A DNA stretch of 64,000 nt from Minisyncoccota bacterium (GCA_041675085.1 JBAYUN010000002.1:15967-79966), one strand, 5' to 3'; positions 31,160 through 40,427 are shown, numbered from the stretch's first letter. Notes: generated by a model from the sequence alone, not told the origin. Translations and numbers: made by a program.

Positions 31160-31681
31160 ATGGATTTGAAAGAAAAATCAAAGAGACAAGAGATATTGAC
31201 TTCAGCACACAATGAATACGGGAAAGGTCTCGGTGTTCATGCTTTTTTCAAAACCCATAATCAAAATACGAGCAAAGACCTAGTACAAGATACTTTTATC
31301 AAAACCTGGAAATACTTATTGAAAGGTGGAAAAATAGAAATGATGAAAGCTTTTTTGTATCACGTACTAAACAACCTAATAGTAGATGAATACAGGAAAA
31401 AGAAAAGTGTCTCATTGGACGTCTTAACAGAAAAAGGTTTTGAGGTCGCAGAAAACAATACTGAAAATATAATCAATTTTCTAGATGGAAAAGTTGCTTT
31501 ATCTATGATATCAAAACTCCCTAAACCCTACCAAAAAATAATGAAGATGAAATATCTCGAAGATTTAAGCTTATCAGAAATGTCTCTAAAAACAGGTTTT
31601 ACAAAAAATTCTCTCGCCGTAAAATTACACAGAGGTCTAGAAAAACTCAAAAAAATATACAACAAAAAAACACTTCGTTAA
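31160..31681 (+). CDS. ECF-type sigma-70 family RNA polymerase sigma factor
   Basis: Region 2 (DLVQDTFIKTWKYL, …LIVDEYRKK) and region 4 helix-turn-helix (LSLSEMSLKTGFTKNSLAVKLHRGLEKLKK). Confidence 0.7.
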   Translation: MDLKEKSKRQEILTSAHNEYGKGLGVHAFFKTHNQNTSKDLVQDTFIKTWKYLLKGGKIEMMKAFLYHVLNNLIVDEYRKKKSVSLDVLTEKGFEVAENNTENIINFLDGKVALSMISKLPKPYQKIMKMKYLEDLSLSEMSLKTGFTKNSLAVKLHRGLEKLKKIYNKKTLR

Positions 31682-31694
31682 GAAGTGTTTTTTA
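31670..31694 (+). terminator. intrinsic terminator (bidirectional)
   Basis: acacttc-gttaa-gaagtgt followed by tttttt. An A-tract on the 5' side lets it also serve the convergent minus-strand gene. Confidence 0.65.
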
Positions 31695-31711
31695 TATTTC
31701 TTGTATCAATA

Positions 31712-32377
31712 TTATTGACCTGTTGTTAAAACAGTAGGCCAAATCAAAGTAGTATTACCACTCTTATCTTTTACCAAAACAGTATAATGATAAACTGTAT
31801 TTGGAGAAAGATTATTCAAAGTGAATTGCTTGTTGCTAGTAAAACCAAGATCCACATTTTTAGTACCTGTAATTTCGGGTACTTTTAATGACATCTCTCT
31901 ATCATCCCAATCTCTCCAAGTGAGGTTGTTTGTATCATAATACACTACAGCCATAACAGGCTCATTGGTATTAAAATTAATATTCACATTTCTACCTACA
32001 GGACTCACAGACAAGTTGTTGATAAAAGGAGCATTAGTATCAAGGTTCACACCAGAAGATATAAGATTATTTATTATATTTCTTGTACCAGGGCCGACTA
32101 TGCCGTCAGCGGTCAGATTGTAAGCTAATTGGAATTGAATAACTCCATCTTTGGTAGCTCTACCAAAATTCCCATCTTGAGATCCTCCAGGATAGATATC
32201 ATTATTTGAAGCCATAAAAGCCTGTAGAGCTTTGACGTTATTCCCTCTTGACCCTGATTTTAATGTCGTATTAGAGATTTGAGTAAAATCGGCACTTACA
32301 AATGAAGGAGCGACAGAAAACGCAAAAATCAAAACAAAAACACTTAAAATTCTAAACATAAATTTATTATTTTTCAT
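31712..32377 (-). CDS. secreted protein with peptidoglycan-binding (PG_binding_1) domain and C-terminal Ig/FN3-like domain
   Basis: Signal peptide, then LKSGSRGNNVKALQAFMA…DGNFGRATKDGVIQFQ PGBD motif. Confidence 0.6.
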   Translation of the reverse strand: MKNNKFMFRILSVFVLIFAFSVAPSFVSADFTQISNTTLKSGSRGNNVKALQAFMASNNDIYPGGSQDGNFGRATKDGVIQFQLAYNLTADGIVGPGTRNIINNLISSGVNLDTNAPFINNLSVSPVGRNVNINFNTNEPVMAVVYYDTNNLTWRDWDDREMSLKVPEITGTKNVDLGFTSNKQFTLNNLSPNTVYHYTVLVKDKSGNTTLIWPTVLTTGQ

Positions 32378-32515
32378 AAAATTTTATAAATTAAACTAAT
32401 AAAGACTTTTAACATATAAGTCCGACAACTTGTAGTTACACCAATGATGCCGTAATAGGCAATAAGATATTACAAAATCTTTTGTTTTAAAAATCTTTAT
32501 TGCTATAATATCCAA

Positions 32516-33262
32516 ATGGAAGAACAAGATTTGCAAAAAGAAAATGAGAGATTAAAACACCTAATCTCTATGAAAACTGACATGATATCTATCACCAGTC
32601 ACCAGGTCCGGACTTCTTTGTCAGGTCTAAAATGGATTATCAAAATGTTCCTAGATGGAGATTTGGGTAAACTAACCAATGAACAAGAAAGCTTATTGTT
32701 TAAAGCTTTTGACAGTAATGAGAGAGCTATCAATAATCTCAATGAATTACTACTAGCCAACAAAACAGAAAACGCACTAGAAAAAGAATACGTATTTGAG
32801 AAAATAAATCTCATGGAGATGATAGAATCCGCTATCTTTGATTTCTCTGGTGAGGCTCATTCTAAAGGTATCGAAGTTATCTTTTTGAAATCAGACATAG
32901 AACCAAAATACATAAAAGCTGACAAAGAAAAGATTCGTATCGTACTGCAAAATCTATTAGAGAATGCTATCAAATATAGTGATGCTCATGGGAAAATATT
33001 TCTTACAATAAAAGAAAAAGATGATCTAGTACAAATGTCTATAAAAGACACAGGTACCGGTATCTCCGAAGAAGGCAAACACAGGATTTTTGAAAAGTTC
33101 TATAGAGACAGTGAGGCAGAAAAGAGAGAAATAACTGGCACTGGTATAGGTCTTTATACAGTAAAACAAATAATAGAGAAAATAGGCGGTACGGTCTGGT
33201 TTGAGAGTAGTACTGGCGAAGGGACGACCTTCTTTTTCACAGCACCCGTCTATAAAGAATAA
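32516..33262 (+). CDS. histidine kinase core (HisKA + HATPase_c) without sensor or transmembrane region
   Basis: H-box ITSHQVRTSLSG. N-box LQNLLENAIKYS. G1 IKDTGTGI. G2 GTGIGLY. Confidence 0.8.
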   Translation: MEEQDLQKENERLKHLISMKTDMISITSHQVRTSLSGLKWIIKMFLDGDLGKLTNEQESLLFKAFDSNERAINNLNELLLANKTENALEKEYVFEKINLMEMIESAIFDFSGEAHSKGIEVIFLKSDIEPKYIKADKEKIRIVLQNLLENAIKYSDAHGKIFLTIKEKDDLVQMSIKDTGTGISEEGKHRIFEKFYRDSEAEKREITGTGIGLYTVKQIIEKIGGTVWFESSTGEGTTFFFTAPVYKE

Positions 33263-33265
33263 TAT

Positions 33266-33293
33266 TTGCACTTAGTTTCAACTAAGGTATAAT
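33266..33293 (+). promoter_or_regulatory. candidate sigma-70 promoter (TTGCAC-16-TATAAT) for the receiver-recG unit
   Basis: ttgcac at 33266-33271 and tataat at 33288-33293, about 70 nt upstream of the receiver gene start. Confidence 0.4.
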
Positions 33294-33363
33294 TTAAGTA
33301 TATCAAAAAAGTAATATCAAAAGATTATTAGTCGAGCAATAAAAACTTAAAATAAATAACAAA

Positions 33364-33735
33364 ATGACAAAAACTGTACTTATAATAGAAGACGATGATT
33401 TCCTACAAGGACTCGAAGCCAAAAAACTTACAAAAGAAGGTTACAACGTACTAACTGCATCTAATAGCGCTGATGCTTTCAAGCAAATAGAAAACACAGA
33501 GAAAATAGATATTATTCTTTTAGACCTATTGTTGCCTGATGTAGACGGTTTTACTATTCTTAAAATGATACGCGAGAATGCTAAAGTCTCTATGTCCCCT
33601 GTTATCGTATTCTCAAACCTAGCCGAAGAAAAAGATATCGCAGCTGCTAACAAACTAGGTATTAGTGATTTTATGATTAAATCAAATTTCACTCTCGACG
33701 AACTCGTAACAAAAATCAAATCACTCATCGGATAA
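33364..33735 (+). CDS. stand-alone response regulator receiver domain
   Basis: LIIEDDD…DIILLDLLLPDVDGF…VIVFSN…K receiver motifs. Length 123 aa. Confidence 0.8.
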   Translation: MTKTVLIIEDDDFLQGLEAKKLTKEGYNVLTASNSADAFKQIENTEKIDIILLDLLLPDVDGFTILKMIRENAKVSMSPVIVFSNLAEEKDIAAANKLGISDFMIKSNFTLDELVTKIKSLIG

Positions 33736-33736
33736 A

Positions 33737-35932
33737 ATGCATCTCTCCGACAAACTTGAAATAAAATTTCGTTTAGACGAAAACCAGAAAAAAGCTTTAA
33801 AACGCTTAAATATTTTTTCTGTATCTGATTTATTATTTCACTTCCCTGTACGTTATAGTAATATTAGCGAAGTTAAAAGGATTATAGAATTAGTCGAGGG
33901 TGAGACTGCTACTGTCTACGGCAAAATCTCTAAACTTAAAACCAAAAAAAGTTTTAAGTCGAATATACCTATGGGTGAAGGTTATGTCGAGGACCTCACA
34001 GGCAAAATAAAAATCATCTGGTTTCACCAAGCCTATCTAGCTAAAATGATAAAAGAAGGTGAAAATGTAAAAATCACTGGTAAAGTCACAGGTAATAAAA
34101 GTGGTATATATTTAGCAAATCCAGAATTCGAAAAGACTAAAGATATGCCGATAGATATGCATGACAGTTTATTTAATACTGATCAAAACAAAGAAGATGC
34201 TACTGGTTTCTCATATCCGGTATATCAAGAAAGCCGAGGTATTACCTCAAAATGGTTCTATCATGCTATTGATAAAATCCTAAAAGAAAAAAGTCTTGAT
34301 AATTTAGTTGAATATATTCCAGATGAGATTTTAAAAAAATACAATCTCCCTTCCCTCTCTACAGCTCTCGTCTGGATTCATAGACCTAAAAATGAAGCTG
34401 ATGCTAGTGCCGCTCGCAAGAGATTTGCCTTCGAAGAAGTATTTTGTATTCAACTCGAACGTCAACATGACAAAATAGAATACAGGAAAAATAAATCTTT
34501 TCAAATCAATACATCAAAAGAACAGACAGATAAATTTTTAAAAAGTTTCCCATTTAGTCCTACCAATTCCCAAATAAATTCTATCAATACTATCCTCGAA
34601 GATATGGGGCGGAGTTACCCTATGTCGAGATTACTCGAAGGAGATGTCGGTTCGGGTAAAACCTTGGTTGCAGCCGCGAGCGCTTATGCGACTATAATGC
34701 AAAGACCGATTGACTTAAAAGGCAAGCTCCAGACTTTTGGCAATCTAGGAGTCGCGTACATGGCTCCGACTGAAATACTAGCAACCCAACATTTTGAATC
34801 TTTTATAAAATACTTCAATCCAGAAGTCATGGGTTCTAATATCAATATCGGACTTATTACTGGCTCTGGGTGCCGGAAATATCCTTCTAAAACCAATCCG
34901 AATACTTGGACGGATATTTCTCGTACTCAACTTTTGAAATGGGTAGCCAATGGAGAGATACCTATTCTTATAGGTACTCATGCCCTGATTCAAAAATCTG
35001 TCAAATTCCAAAACTTGGCTTTAGTGATAATAGATGAGCAACATCGTTTCGGTACCAAGCAAAGACGTGAATTAGTTAAAAAAGATAATATCTATCCTCA
35101 CTTATTATCTATGACTGCGACCCCTATCCCCCGCACTCTAGCTCTGACTATTTACGGAGACTTGGATTTATCTCTACTAGAAGAAATGCCTATGGGTAGA
35201 AAACCTATCATCACAGATATCATCATACCAACAAAACGTGAAGAGACTTATAAAAAAATTCATGCAGAATTAGAAAAAGGTAAACAACTCTACGTTATCT
35301 GCCCTCGTATTAACGAACCCGATCCTGACATGGAGCTCGCACTCAACGTCAAAAGTGCTGAAGCTGAAGCTAAAAGACTTAAAAAAGAAGTCTTCCAAAA
35401 ATACGAAATAGGAGTGTTGCACTCCAAAATGACTAAGCAAAAAAAGGAGCTCGTGATGCAAGATTTTAAAGATAAAAAATTAGATATACTAGTGGCTACA
35501 TCCGTGATAGAAGTCGGGGTGAATGTACCAAACGCTACTATTATCATCATAGAAGGAGCCGAGAGATTTGGACTAGCTCAATTGCATCAACTCCGTGGTA
35601 GAGTTATACGTTCTAATGATCAAGCGTACTGCTATGTATTCGCTGAAGCAAAAAGTCAAAAGACTATCGATAGATTGAATGCACTCAAGACTGCAAAGAA
35701 TGGTTTTGAACTGGCAGAACTCGACCTAACTCTGCGCGGAGCTGGAGAGCTCGGCGGAGGTAAGCAATGGGGTATCACTGATCTCGGCATGGAAGCTATC
35801 AAGAATATCAAAATGGTCACCTTCGCTCGCGAAGAAGCGATACAGATGATATCAAAAGATCCCGAACTCACCCAATATCCCCTACTGAAAAAAATAGTAA
35901 AACAAAAAGCTGGCGAGTTTCATTTTGAATAA
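33737..35932 (+). CDS. recG: ATP-dependent DNA helicase RecG
   Basis: N-terminal …SDLLFHFPVRY wedge region. Walker A GDVGSGKT. DEQH box VIIDEQHRFG. Motif VI QLRGRVIR. Confidence 0.85.
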   Translation: MHLSDKLEIKFRLDENQKKALKRLNIFSVSDLLFHFPVRYSNISEVKRIIELVEGETATVYGKISKLKTKKSFKSNIPMGEGYVEDLTGKIKIIWFHQAYLAKMIKEGENVKITGKVTGNKSGIYLANPEFEKTKDMPIDMHDSLFNTDQNKEDATGFSYPVYQESRGITSKWFYHAIDKILKEKSLDNLVEYIPDEILKKYNLPSLSTALVWIHRPKNEADASAARKRFAFEEVFCIQLERQHDKIEYRKNKSFQINTSKEQTDKFLKSFPFSPTNSQINSINTILEDMGRSYPMSRLLEGDVGSGKTLVAAASAYATIMQRPIDLKGKLQTFGNLGVAYMAPTEILATQHFESFIKYFNPEVMGSNINIGLITGSGCRKYPSKTNPNTWTDISRTQLLKWVANGEIPILIGTHALIQKSVKFQNLALVIIDEQHRFGTKQRRELVKKDNIYPHLLSMTATPIPRTLALTIYGDLDLSLLEEMPMGRKPIITDIIIPTKREETYKKIHAELEKGKQLYVICPRINEPDPDMELALNVKSAEAEAKRLKKEVFQKYEIGVLHSKMTKQKKELVMQDFKDKKLDILVATSVIEVGVNVPNATIIIIEGAERFGLAQLHQLRGRVIRSNDQAYCYVFAEAKSQKTIDRLNALKTAKNGFELAELDLTLRGAGELGGGKQWGITDLGMEAIKNIKMVTFAREEAIQMISKDPELTQYPLLKKIVKQKAGEFHFE

Positions 35933-36718
35933 TTAAATCTTAAATATTCTTTTTATATTTTCGCGAATTTGAGTTGTAGTATTTTCTAAATCCAACCCTT
36001 TAATTTCAGCTATTTTCTTAACAACTTCAATAACCATAAATGGTTCACAAGTCTTGCCTCGGTATGGAACCGGTGCGGCAAAAGGTGCATCAGTCTCTGC
36101 CATGATATTCTCTATTGGTAAGAATTTAATAACTTCATCATAATCACGAGAGAAAGTAATAGGCCCATCATAAGACACAGTCCAATTATTCTCTATAATC
36201 CTTTTAGCTATTTCTAAATCTCCGACAAAGAAATGAAAATTCGCATGCAATGTAGTATTTTGTTTTTTATATATTTCTAATATATCGAGTGCGTCTATAT
36301 ACGCATCCTGACTGCCCTTGCTCGGACGAGCATGAATCATTAGAGGTTTATTAAGTTCTATAGCTAGTTCAATATGCTGTTTAAAAATTTCTTTTTGGCG
36401 AACCTTAAAATCTTCGCCTTCATTTCTAAAATAGTCGAGTCCCGTCTCCCCTATGCAAACCACTTTCTCATTTTGAGCTAATTGTCTGTATTTTTCTATA
36501 TCCAATTCTTCAGTCAGATTATCATTCGGATGAAGTCCTACTCCTGCATAAATAAAATCATATTTCATAGCCATTTCTAAAGCCTTAGAAGAAGTCTCAT
36601 AATCCACTCCGATAGTTATAGTCCCGGTATCCTGCTCGACCATACGAGCAATAACCTCATCCTCCGAGGATAATAAAGGTTCTAAGTTAATGTGCGAATG
36701 TATGTCTATGTATTTCAT
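35933..36718 (-). CDS. tatD: TatD-family metal-dependent DNase/hydrolase
   Basis: IDIHSHIN…GETGLDY…HAR…D TIM-barrel metal-ligand pattern. Confidence 0.75.
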   Translation of the reverse strand: MKYIDIHSHINLEPLLSSEDEVIARMVEQDTGTITIGVDYETSSKALEMAMKYDFIYAGVGLHPNDNLTEELDIEKYRQLAQNEKVVCIGETGLDYFRNEGEDFKVRQKEIFKQHIELAIELNKPLMIHARPSKGSQDAYIDALDILEIYKKQNTTLHANFHFFVGDLEIAKRIIENNWTVSYDGPITFSRDYDEVIKFLPIENIMAETDAPFAAPVPYRGKTCEPFMVIEVVKKIAEIKGLDLENTTTQIRENIKRIFKI

Positions 36719-36842
36719 CCCGTTAAATATTTTTGATTATTTTATAATTATATTGTACGTTATTATTATTTAATTACCTATCATTTACATATACCCGTTG
36801 TTAAAATTTTTAACGGGATTCATATACCTATCTTTACATAAA

Positions 36843-36912
36843 AAGACAAACCCCGTCAATCTCGATTGACGGGGTAAATAAAAAAGCGGTAAGTCATATT
36901 ACCGCTTTAAAA
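36843..36912 (-). terminator. tandem intrinsic terminators downstream of the membrane protein gene
   Basis: ccccgtcaat-ctcg-attgacgggg and agcggtaa-gtcata-ttaccgct hairpins, each followed by a T-run on the minus-strand transcript. Confidence 0.6.
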
Positions 36913-36926
36913 AATTATCCAATTTA

Positions 36927-37805
36927 TTACATTTTGCTATATTTAACCCAACCTTTTATACAAATAAAAATAGAAGGGATTATCATAATAATATGAGTAA
37001 GGCTAATTACTAAAGATATTAATATAAAAATACAGACTAGTACAATAGACCAAATTACTAAAGTTTTTTTAAATTTTTCAAAATGATAACTTTCTGGAAG
37101 TCCATCTAGCACAAGGGCTAAAAATAAAATTATGAGAAAAAGCCAAGTTCCCGCAGAGAAAAGATCATTCGTTTTTTCAGAGTCTAAATACAGATGCAAA
37201 AAAATCCCAGTACAAATTATCAAAAAAATAAAGAAACTCCAAGCTGAGATATTCATAGCTTTTTTAGACTCCTTGCCGACCAGATAAATTCGAGTACAAA
37301 TATACAAGACTACAAAAAGACTAAACAAGTAAACATAGCTGAATCCACTTTCAGTAATAATTTTTGTATCCAGATACAATAAATTATCTTTTTTTAATAA
37401 TCTTTTCTCTTCAAACTCAACATGTTGAGTCCAAAAATCATCTTTTTTAAAATAGATCCTTAAATATTCTTTTTTATAAAGATTATTTTTCAAAAAATAC
37501 AATCCCAAAATAAATGAATCTGGGACTTTTACAGCTGAAGTATCCAAAAGGTACTCTTTAAACCCTAATTTCTTTGTGCGATACAAGTCGCATTCAGGAC
37601 TAGCTGGGACACAAGCAGAAGAATCTTCTTCGTAATGTGTGATAAATCTAACGAAGACTTTGTTGCCTTTATAGACTCTTTTTATTTCTGTTTTTATTGC
37701 TTTTTTTATAACCAGACTTTCTTGTGAAAAGAGATTAAAAACAAAACAAAAACCTAACATTACCAATAAAATTGGCAAAATATCAAAGAACTTAAAATTT
37801 TTCAT
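36927..37805 (-). CDS. hypothetical polytopic membrane protein
   Basis: 292 aa. Signal anchor, an extracytoplasmic region of about 140 aa with Cys residues, then four C-terminal transmembrane helices. Confidence 0.45.
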   Translation of the reverse strand: MKNFKFFDILPILLVMLGFCFVFNLFSQESLVIKKAIKTEIKRVYKGNKVFVRFITHYEEDSSACVPASPECDLYRTKKLGFKEYLLDTSAVKVPDSFILGLYFLKNNLYKKEYLRIYFKKDDFWTQHVEFEEKRLLKKDNLLYLDTKIITESGFSYVYLFSLFVVLYICTRIYLVGKESKKAMNISAWSFFIFLIICTGIFLHLYLDSEKTNDLFSAGTWLFLIILFLALVLDGLPESYHFEKFKKTLVIWSIVLVCIFILISLVISLTHIIMIIPSIFICIKGWVKYSKM

Positions 37806-37889
37806 TTAAATAAATTTAAGAGTTAAAAAATTATTTCCTAAAAACTATATCATAAAATACAGAAAAAACAAATAAAAAACGGTGATCGA

Positions 37890-37945
37890 GATTGACGGGG
37901 CAAATAAAAAAAGCGGTGTAAAACCGCTTTTAAGAATTATCCAAT
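37890..37945 (-). terminator. intrinsic terminator, a diverged copy of the 36843-36926 module
   Basis: aagcggt-gtaaa-accgctt hairpin plus the shared flanks gattgacgggg…aaataaaaaa and aattatccaat. Confidence 0.55.
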
Positions 37946-37957
37946 TAAATTTCAAAA

Positions 37958-38404
37958 TTAAGTATTTCCTTCTCTGAAAAAATTTGGACCTAAAATTATT
38001 ATTAACATAATAATCAAAATGGCAACTACAAATAAAAACCAAAATCCCTGCCAAGAATTATAATAATTTTTGATAAAAATAACTTGGGTTATAGAAATCA
38101 AGCAGATAGAAATAAAAGACCAAAAAAGATTTTTATCATTATTTATTTTACCTTTAAGGTGCAAGTAAAAACTATAAACAAAATAACAAAAATAAATTAA
38201 AATTAGAACAAGAAAACTTATTTTTGCACCCGAAAGACTCAGAGAGCCAGCATGGTTCACTAAACCTGAAAAAAATCCTAACCATGACATATTTGCAAGA
38301 AAAATATAGTTTTGTTTTGAACTGAAAATCAAGATAAAAAAGGAAATCCAAAGGCAAATATAAGGCATTATTTGCAGAAACAAGAAAAGATCAAAATTTT
38401 TCAT
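37958..38404 (-). CDS. hypothetical small membrane protein
   Basis: 148 aa with four hydrophobic helices. It starts MKNF… like the downstream neighbour. Confidence 0.4.
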   Translation of the reverse strand: MKNFDLFLFLQIMPYICLWISFFILIFSSKQNYIFLANMSWLGFFSGLVNHAGSLSLSGAKISFLVLILIYFCYFVYSFYLHLKGKINNDKNLFWSFISICLISITQVIFIKNYYNSWQGFWFLFVVAILIIMLIIILGPNFFREGNT

Positions 38405-38518
38405 ATTTTACAATTTATGAAATTAGAAAATAACAAACATCTCCCAAAAGATACCATATGAGATAGATATTGTAAAGGTTTTCGTAATGGTTAAATACCT
38501 TGGAATCACCACACATGA

Positions 38519-38911
38519 TTACCGATTCACCTCACCCCTACCCCTCTCCTTTATAAGGAGAGGGGTTTTAAATGCAGTCTTAATTTTTAAAATTACTTCT
38601 TCAATATCCTTATTTATTTCACTATTCCAAAAACGAATTACTCTAATACCAAATACAGCTAAATAATCTGATCTTAACTTGTCGTACTCTTTTTCTTCAC
38701 GGTGTTGAGCACCATCAATCTCTATTGCTAATTTTTTTGAAGCACAATAAAAATCCAAAAGATATGGGCCAACAGAATATTGTCTTTTAATTTTAAAACC
38801 AAGTTGGCTATTTCTTACTTTCGCCCAAAGCAAAGTTTCTTCTTTGGTTTGAGATTTTCTTAATAACACGCGTTTAGTTAAATTTTTTGTTTGATTGTAA
38901 AAAATTGTCAT
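38519..38911 (-). CDS. DUF559/Vsr-like endonuclease-domain protein
   Basis: …GFKIKRQYSVGPYLLDFYCASKKLAIEIDGAQH… matches the DUF559 core. The C-terminal 11 codons are encoded by the GC-rich inverted-repeat hairpin. Confidence 0.6.
   Translation of the reverse strand: MTIFYNQTKNLTKRVLLRKSQTKEETLLWAKVRNSQLGFKIKRQYSVGPYLLDFYCASKKLAIEIDGAQHREEKEYDKLRSDYLAVFGIRVIRFWNSEINKDIEEVILKIKTAFKTPLLIKERGRGEVNR
38526..38564. repeat. GC-rich terminal inverted repeat (left) containing the hairpin cccctctcctt-tat-aaggagagggg
   Basis: tcacctcacccctacccctctcctttataaggagagggg. It is roughly the reverse complement of 38943-38980. Confidence 0.7.
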
Positions 38912-38942
38912 ACAAAGAATTTTATGTATTTTGTATTTAATT

Positions 38943-38980
38943 TCCCCTCTCCTTTATAAGGAGAGGGCTAGGGTGAGGTT
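38943..38980. repeat. GC-rich terminal inverted repeat (right) containing the same hairpin
   Basis: cccctctcctttataaggagagggctagggtgaggttc. Confidence 0.7.
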
Positions 38981-38981
38981 C

Positions 38982-40427
38982 TTAATCCTTTCTTAGGAAT
39001 AAAGGTTGTTCTGGTTTTTTGTTTTCTTTTATTAATTGGATTATCTTTATTGAAGTTTCTGGCAAAAAAGCTTCCAGGGATTTTCCTATATCATACAACC
39101 TTGTAACATACTCAATTATTAAAGCTTTACCTTTATCCTCGTCTGTTTTGATAACTCTAAAAGCTTGAGTCTCTTGAATATACTTATCTAGAATATCAAT
39201 TAAGTTCCAAATTGCATTCATTGCTTCATTAATTTTATATTGCTCTAAAGACAAAGAAATTTGAGGAGGGATCAAAAAACCTCGACTCAAAGAAAAATCC
39301 TTAAGATATTTTTCAGACAAAGTCAAAATGCGACTTGTTAGATTCCCTAGACCGTTCGCTAGTCCTGCATTATAAGCATCTAGGAATCTCTCGCGCGTAA
39401 AAGGACTATCTTCAAAACTTGAGATTTCACGTAGCATAAAATATCTCAAGGCATCAGTACCGTATTCTTCTACTATCTCCCTTGGATTCACTACGTTACC
39501 TAAAGTCTTACTCATCTTTACTCCACCGTCCCCTGTGATAAAACCATTTACTACTATTTGATTTGAGTTTTGGAAATCTGCAGCCATAAGCATAGCTTGC
39601 CACATAGCTCCTTGAAAACGAGTATTATCTTTACCACAATATTGTGTAGGAGTACCAGATACCCAATATTTTTCAAATTGCTCTTTATTATTCTGCCAAT
39701 CTAAAGTATTGATATAGTTGGTCAATGCATCAAACCAAACATACATAACATGCTCAGGATCGTTAGGCACAGGTATACCCCAAGGCATCTTCGATGCGAG
39801 TCTTGAAATAGAAAAATCATTGAGTCCTCTTTCTACAAACATTTTGATTTCATTATAGCGGAATTCTGGAATTATAAAATTAGGATTATCTTCGTAAAAT
39901 TTTAAAAGCTTCTCAGTAAAGCTACTGTATTTGAAAAAGTAATTCTCTTCACTAATAGTCTGCAATTCTCGCCCATCATGATCTGGACAGAATCCAGCTT
40001 CATTAAGTTCGCTATGTGTTTTTTCACTTTCACAACCTACACAATATTTCGCCTCGTAATTTTTCTTGTAAATATATCCGTTATTATATACCCTACTCCA
40101 GAACTCTTGAGCTAGTTTTATATGATTCTCATCAGTCGTGCGAATAAAATGAATATCTTTACTCATACCAAAAGATTCTAAAGAATCTTTAAATTTTGAA
40201 AAATTTTTATCTACAAAATTCTGTACTTCGATGCCTTCTTCCTGGGCCTTTTCTAAAATTTTAGTACCATGCTCATCTGTACCAGTATTAAAAAACACAT
40301 CAAAACCTTGAAGTTTTTTGTAGCGAGCTATAGCATCAGCTCGAATGAATTCTAAAGCATGCCCCATATGAAGCTCAGCGTTCACATAAGGTAATGTAGT
40401 CGTTAAATAAAAGCTAGTTTGTTTCAT
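38982..40427 (-). CDS. metG: methionyl-tRNA synthetase (short form)
   Basis: HIGH-like LHMGHALE, a Zn knuckle CVGCESEKTH…CPDHD and KMSKTLGN (KMSKS). Confidence 0.85.
   Translation of the reverse strand: MKQTSFYLTTTLPYVNAELHMGHALEFIRADAIARYKKLQGFDVFFNTGTDEHGTKILEKAQEEGIEVQNFVDKNFSKFKDSLESFGMSKDIHFIRTTDENHIKLAQEFWSRVYNNGYIYKKNYEAKYCVGCESEKTHSELNEAGFCPDHDGRELQTISEENYFFKYSSFTEKLLKFYEDNPNFIIPEFRYNEIKMFVERGLNDFSISRLASKMPWGIPVPNDPEHVMYVWFDALTNYINTLDWQNNKEQFEKYWVSGTPTQYCGKDNTRFQGAMWQAMLMAADFQNSNQIVVNGFITGDGGVKMSKTLGNVVNPREIVEEYGTDALRYFMLREISSFEDSPFTRERFLDAYNAGLANGLGNLTSRILTLSEKYLKDFSLSRGFLIPPQISLSLEQYKINEAMNAIWNLIDILDKYIQETQAFRVIKTDEDKGKALIIEYVTRLYDIGKSLEAFLPETSIKIIQLIKENKKPEQPLFLRKD

Noticed and set aside
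31023-31208. 61-aa minus-strand ORF in the divergent promoter region
   Set aside because: It lies in the AT-rich intergenic region between the PAS gene and the sigma factor gene and overlaps the sigma start. Hydrophobic low-complexity translation.
32501-32509. TGCTATAAT extended -10 immediately upstream of the histidine kinase ATG
   Set aside because: The -10 hexamer ends only 6 nt before the annotated start codon. This would imply a leaderless transcript or a downstream true start. Too ambiguous to annotate as a promoter with confidence.
36717-36819. Long-range inverted repeat atcccgttaaatattttt…aaaatttttaacgggat upstream of tatD
   Set aside because: A 17-bp imperfect inverted repeat separated by about 70 AT-rich nt within the tatD promoter region. 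It may be an operator or attenuator, but it is equally consistent with chance palindromy in AT-rich DNA. Not enough evidence to call a feature.
37845-38054. 69-aa minus ORF and 38172..38357 61-aa ORF
   Set aside because: Alternative frames or extensions overlapping the 148-aa membrane protein gene and its terminator module. No independent support.
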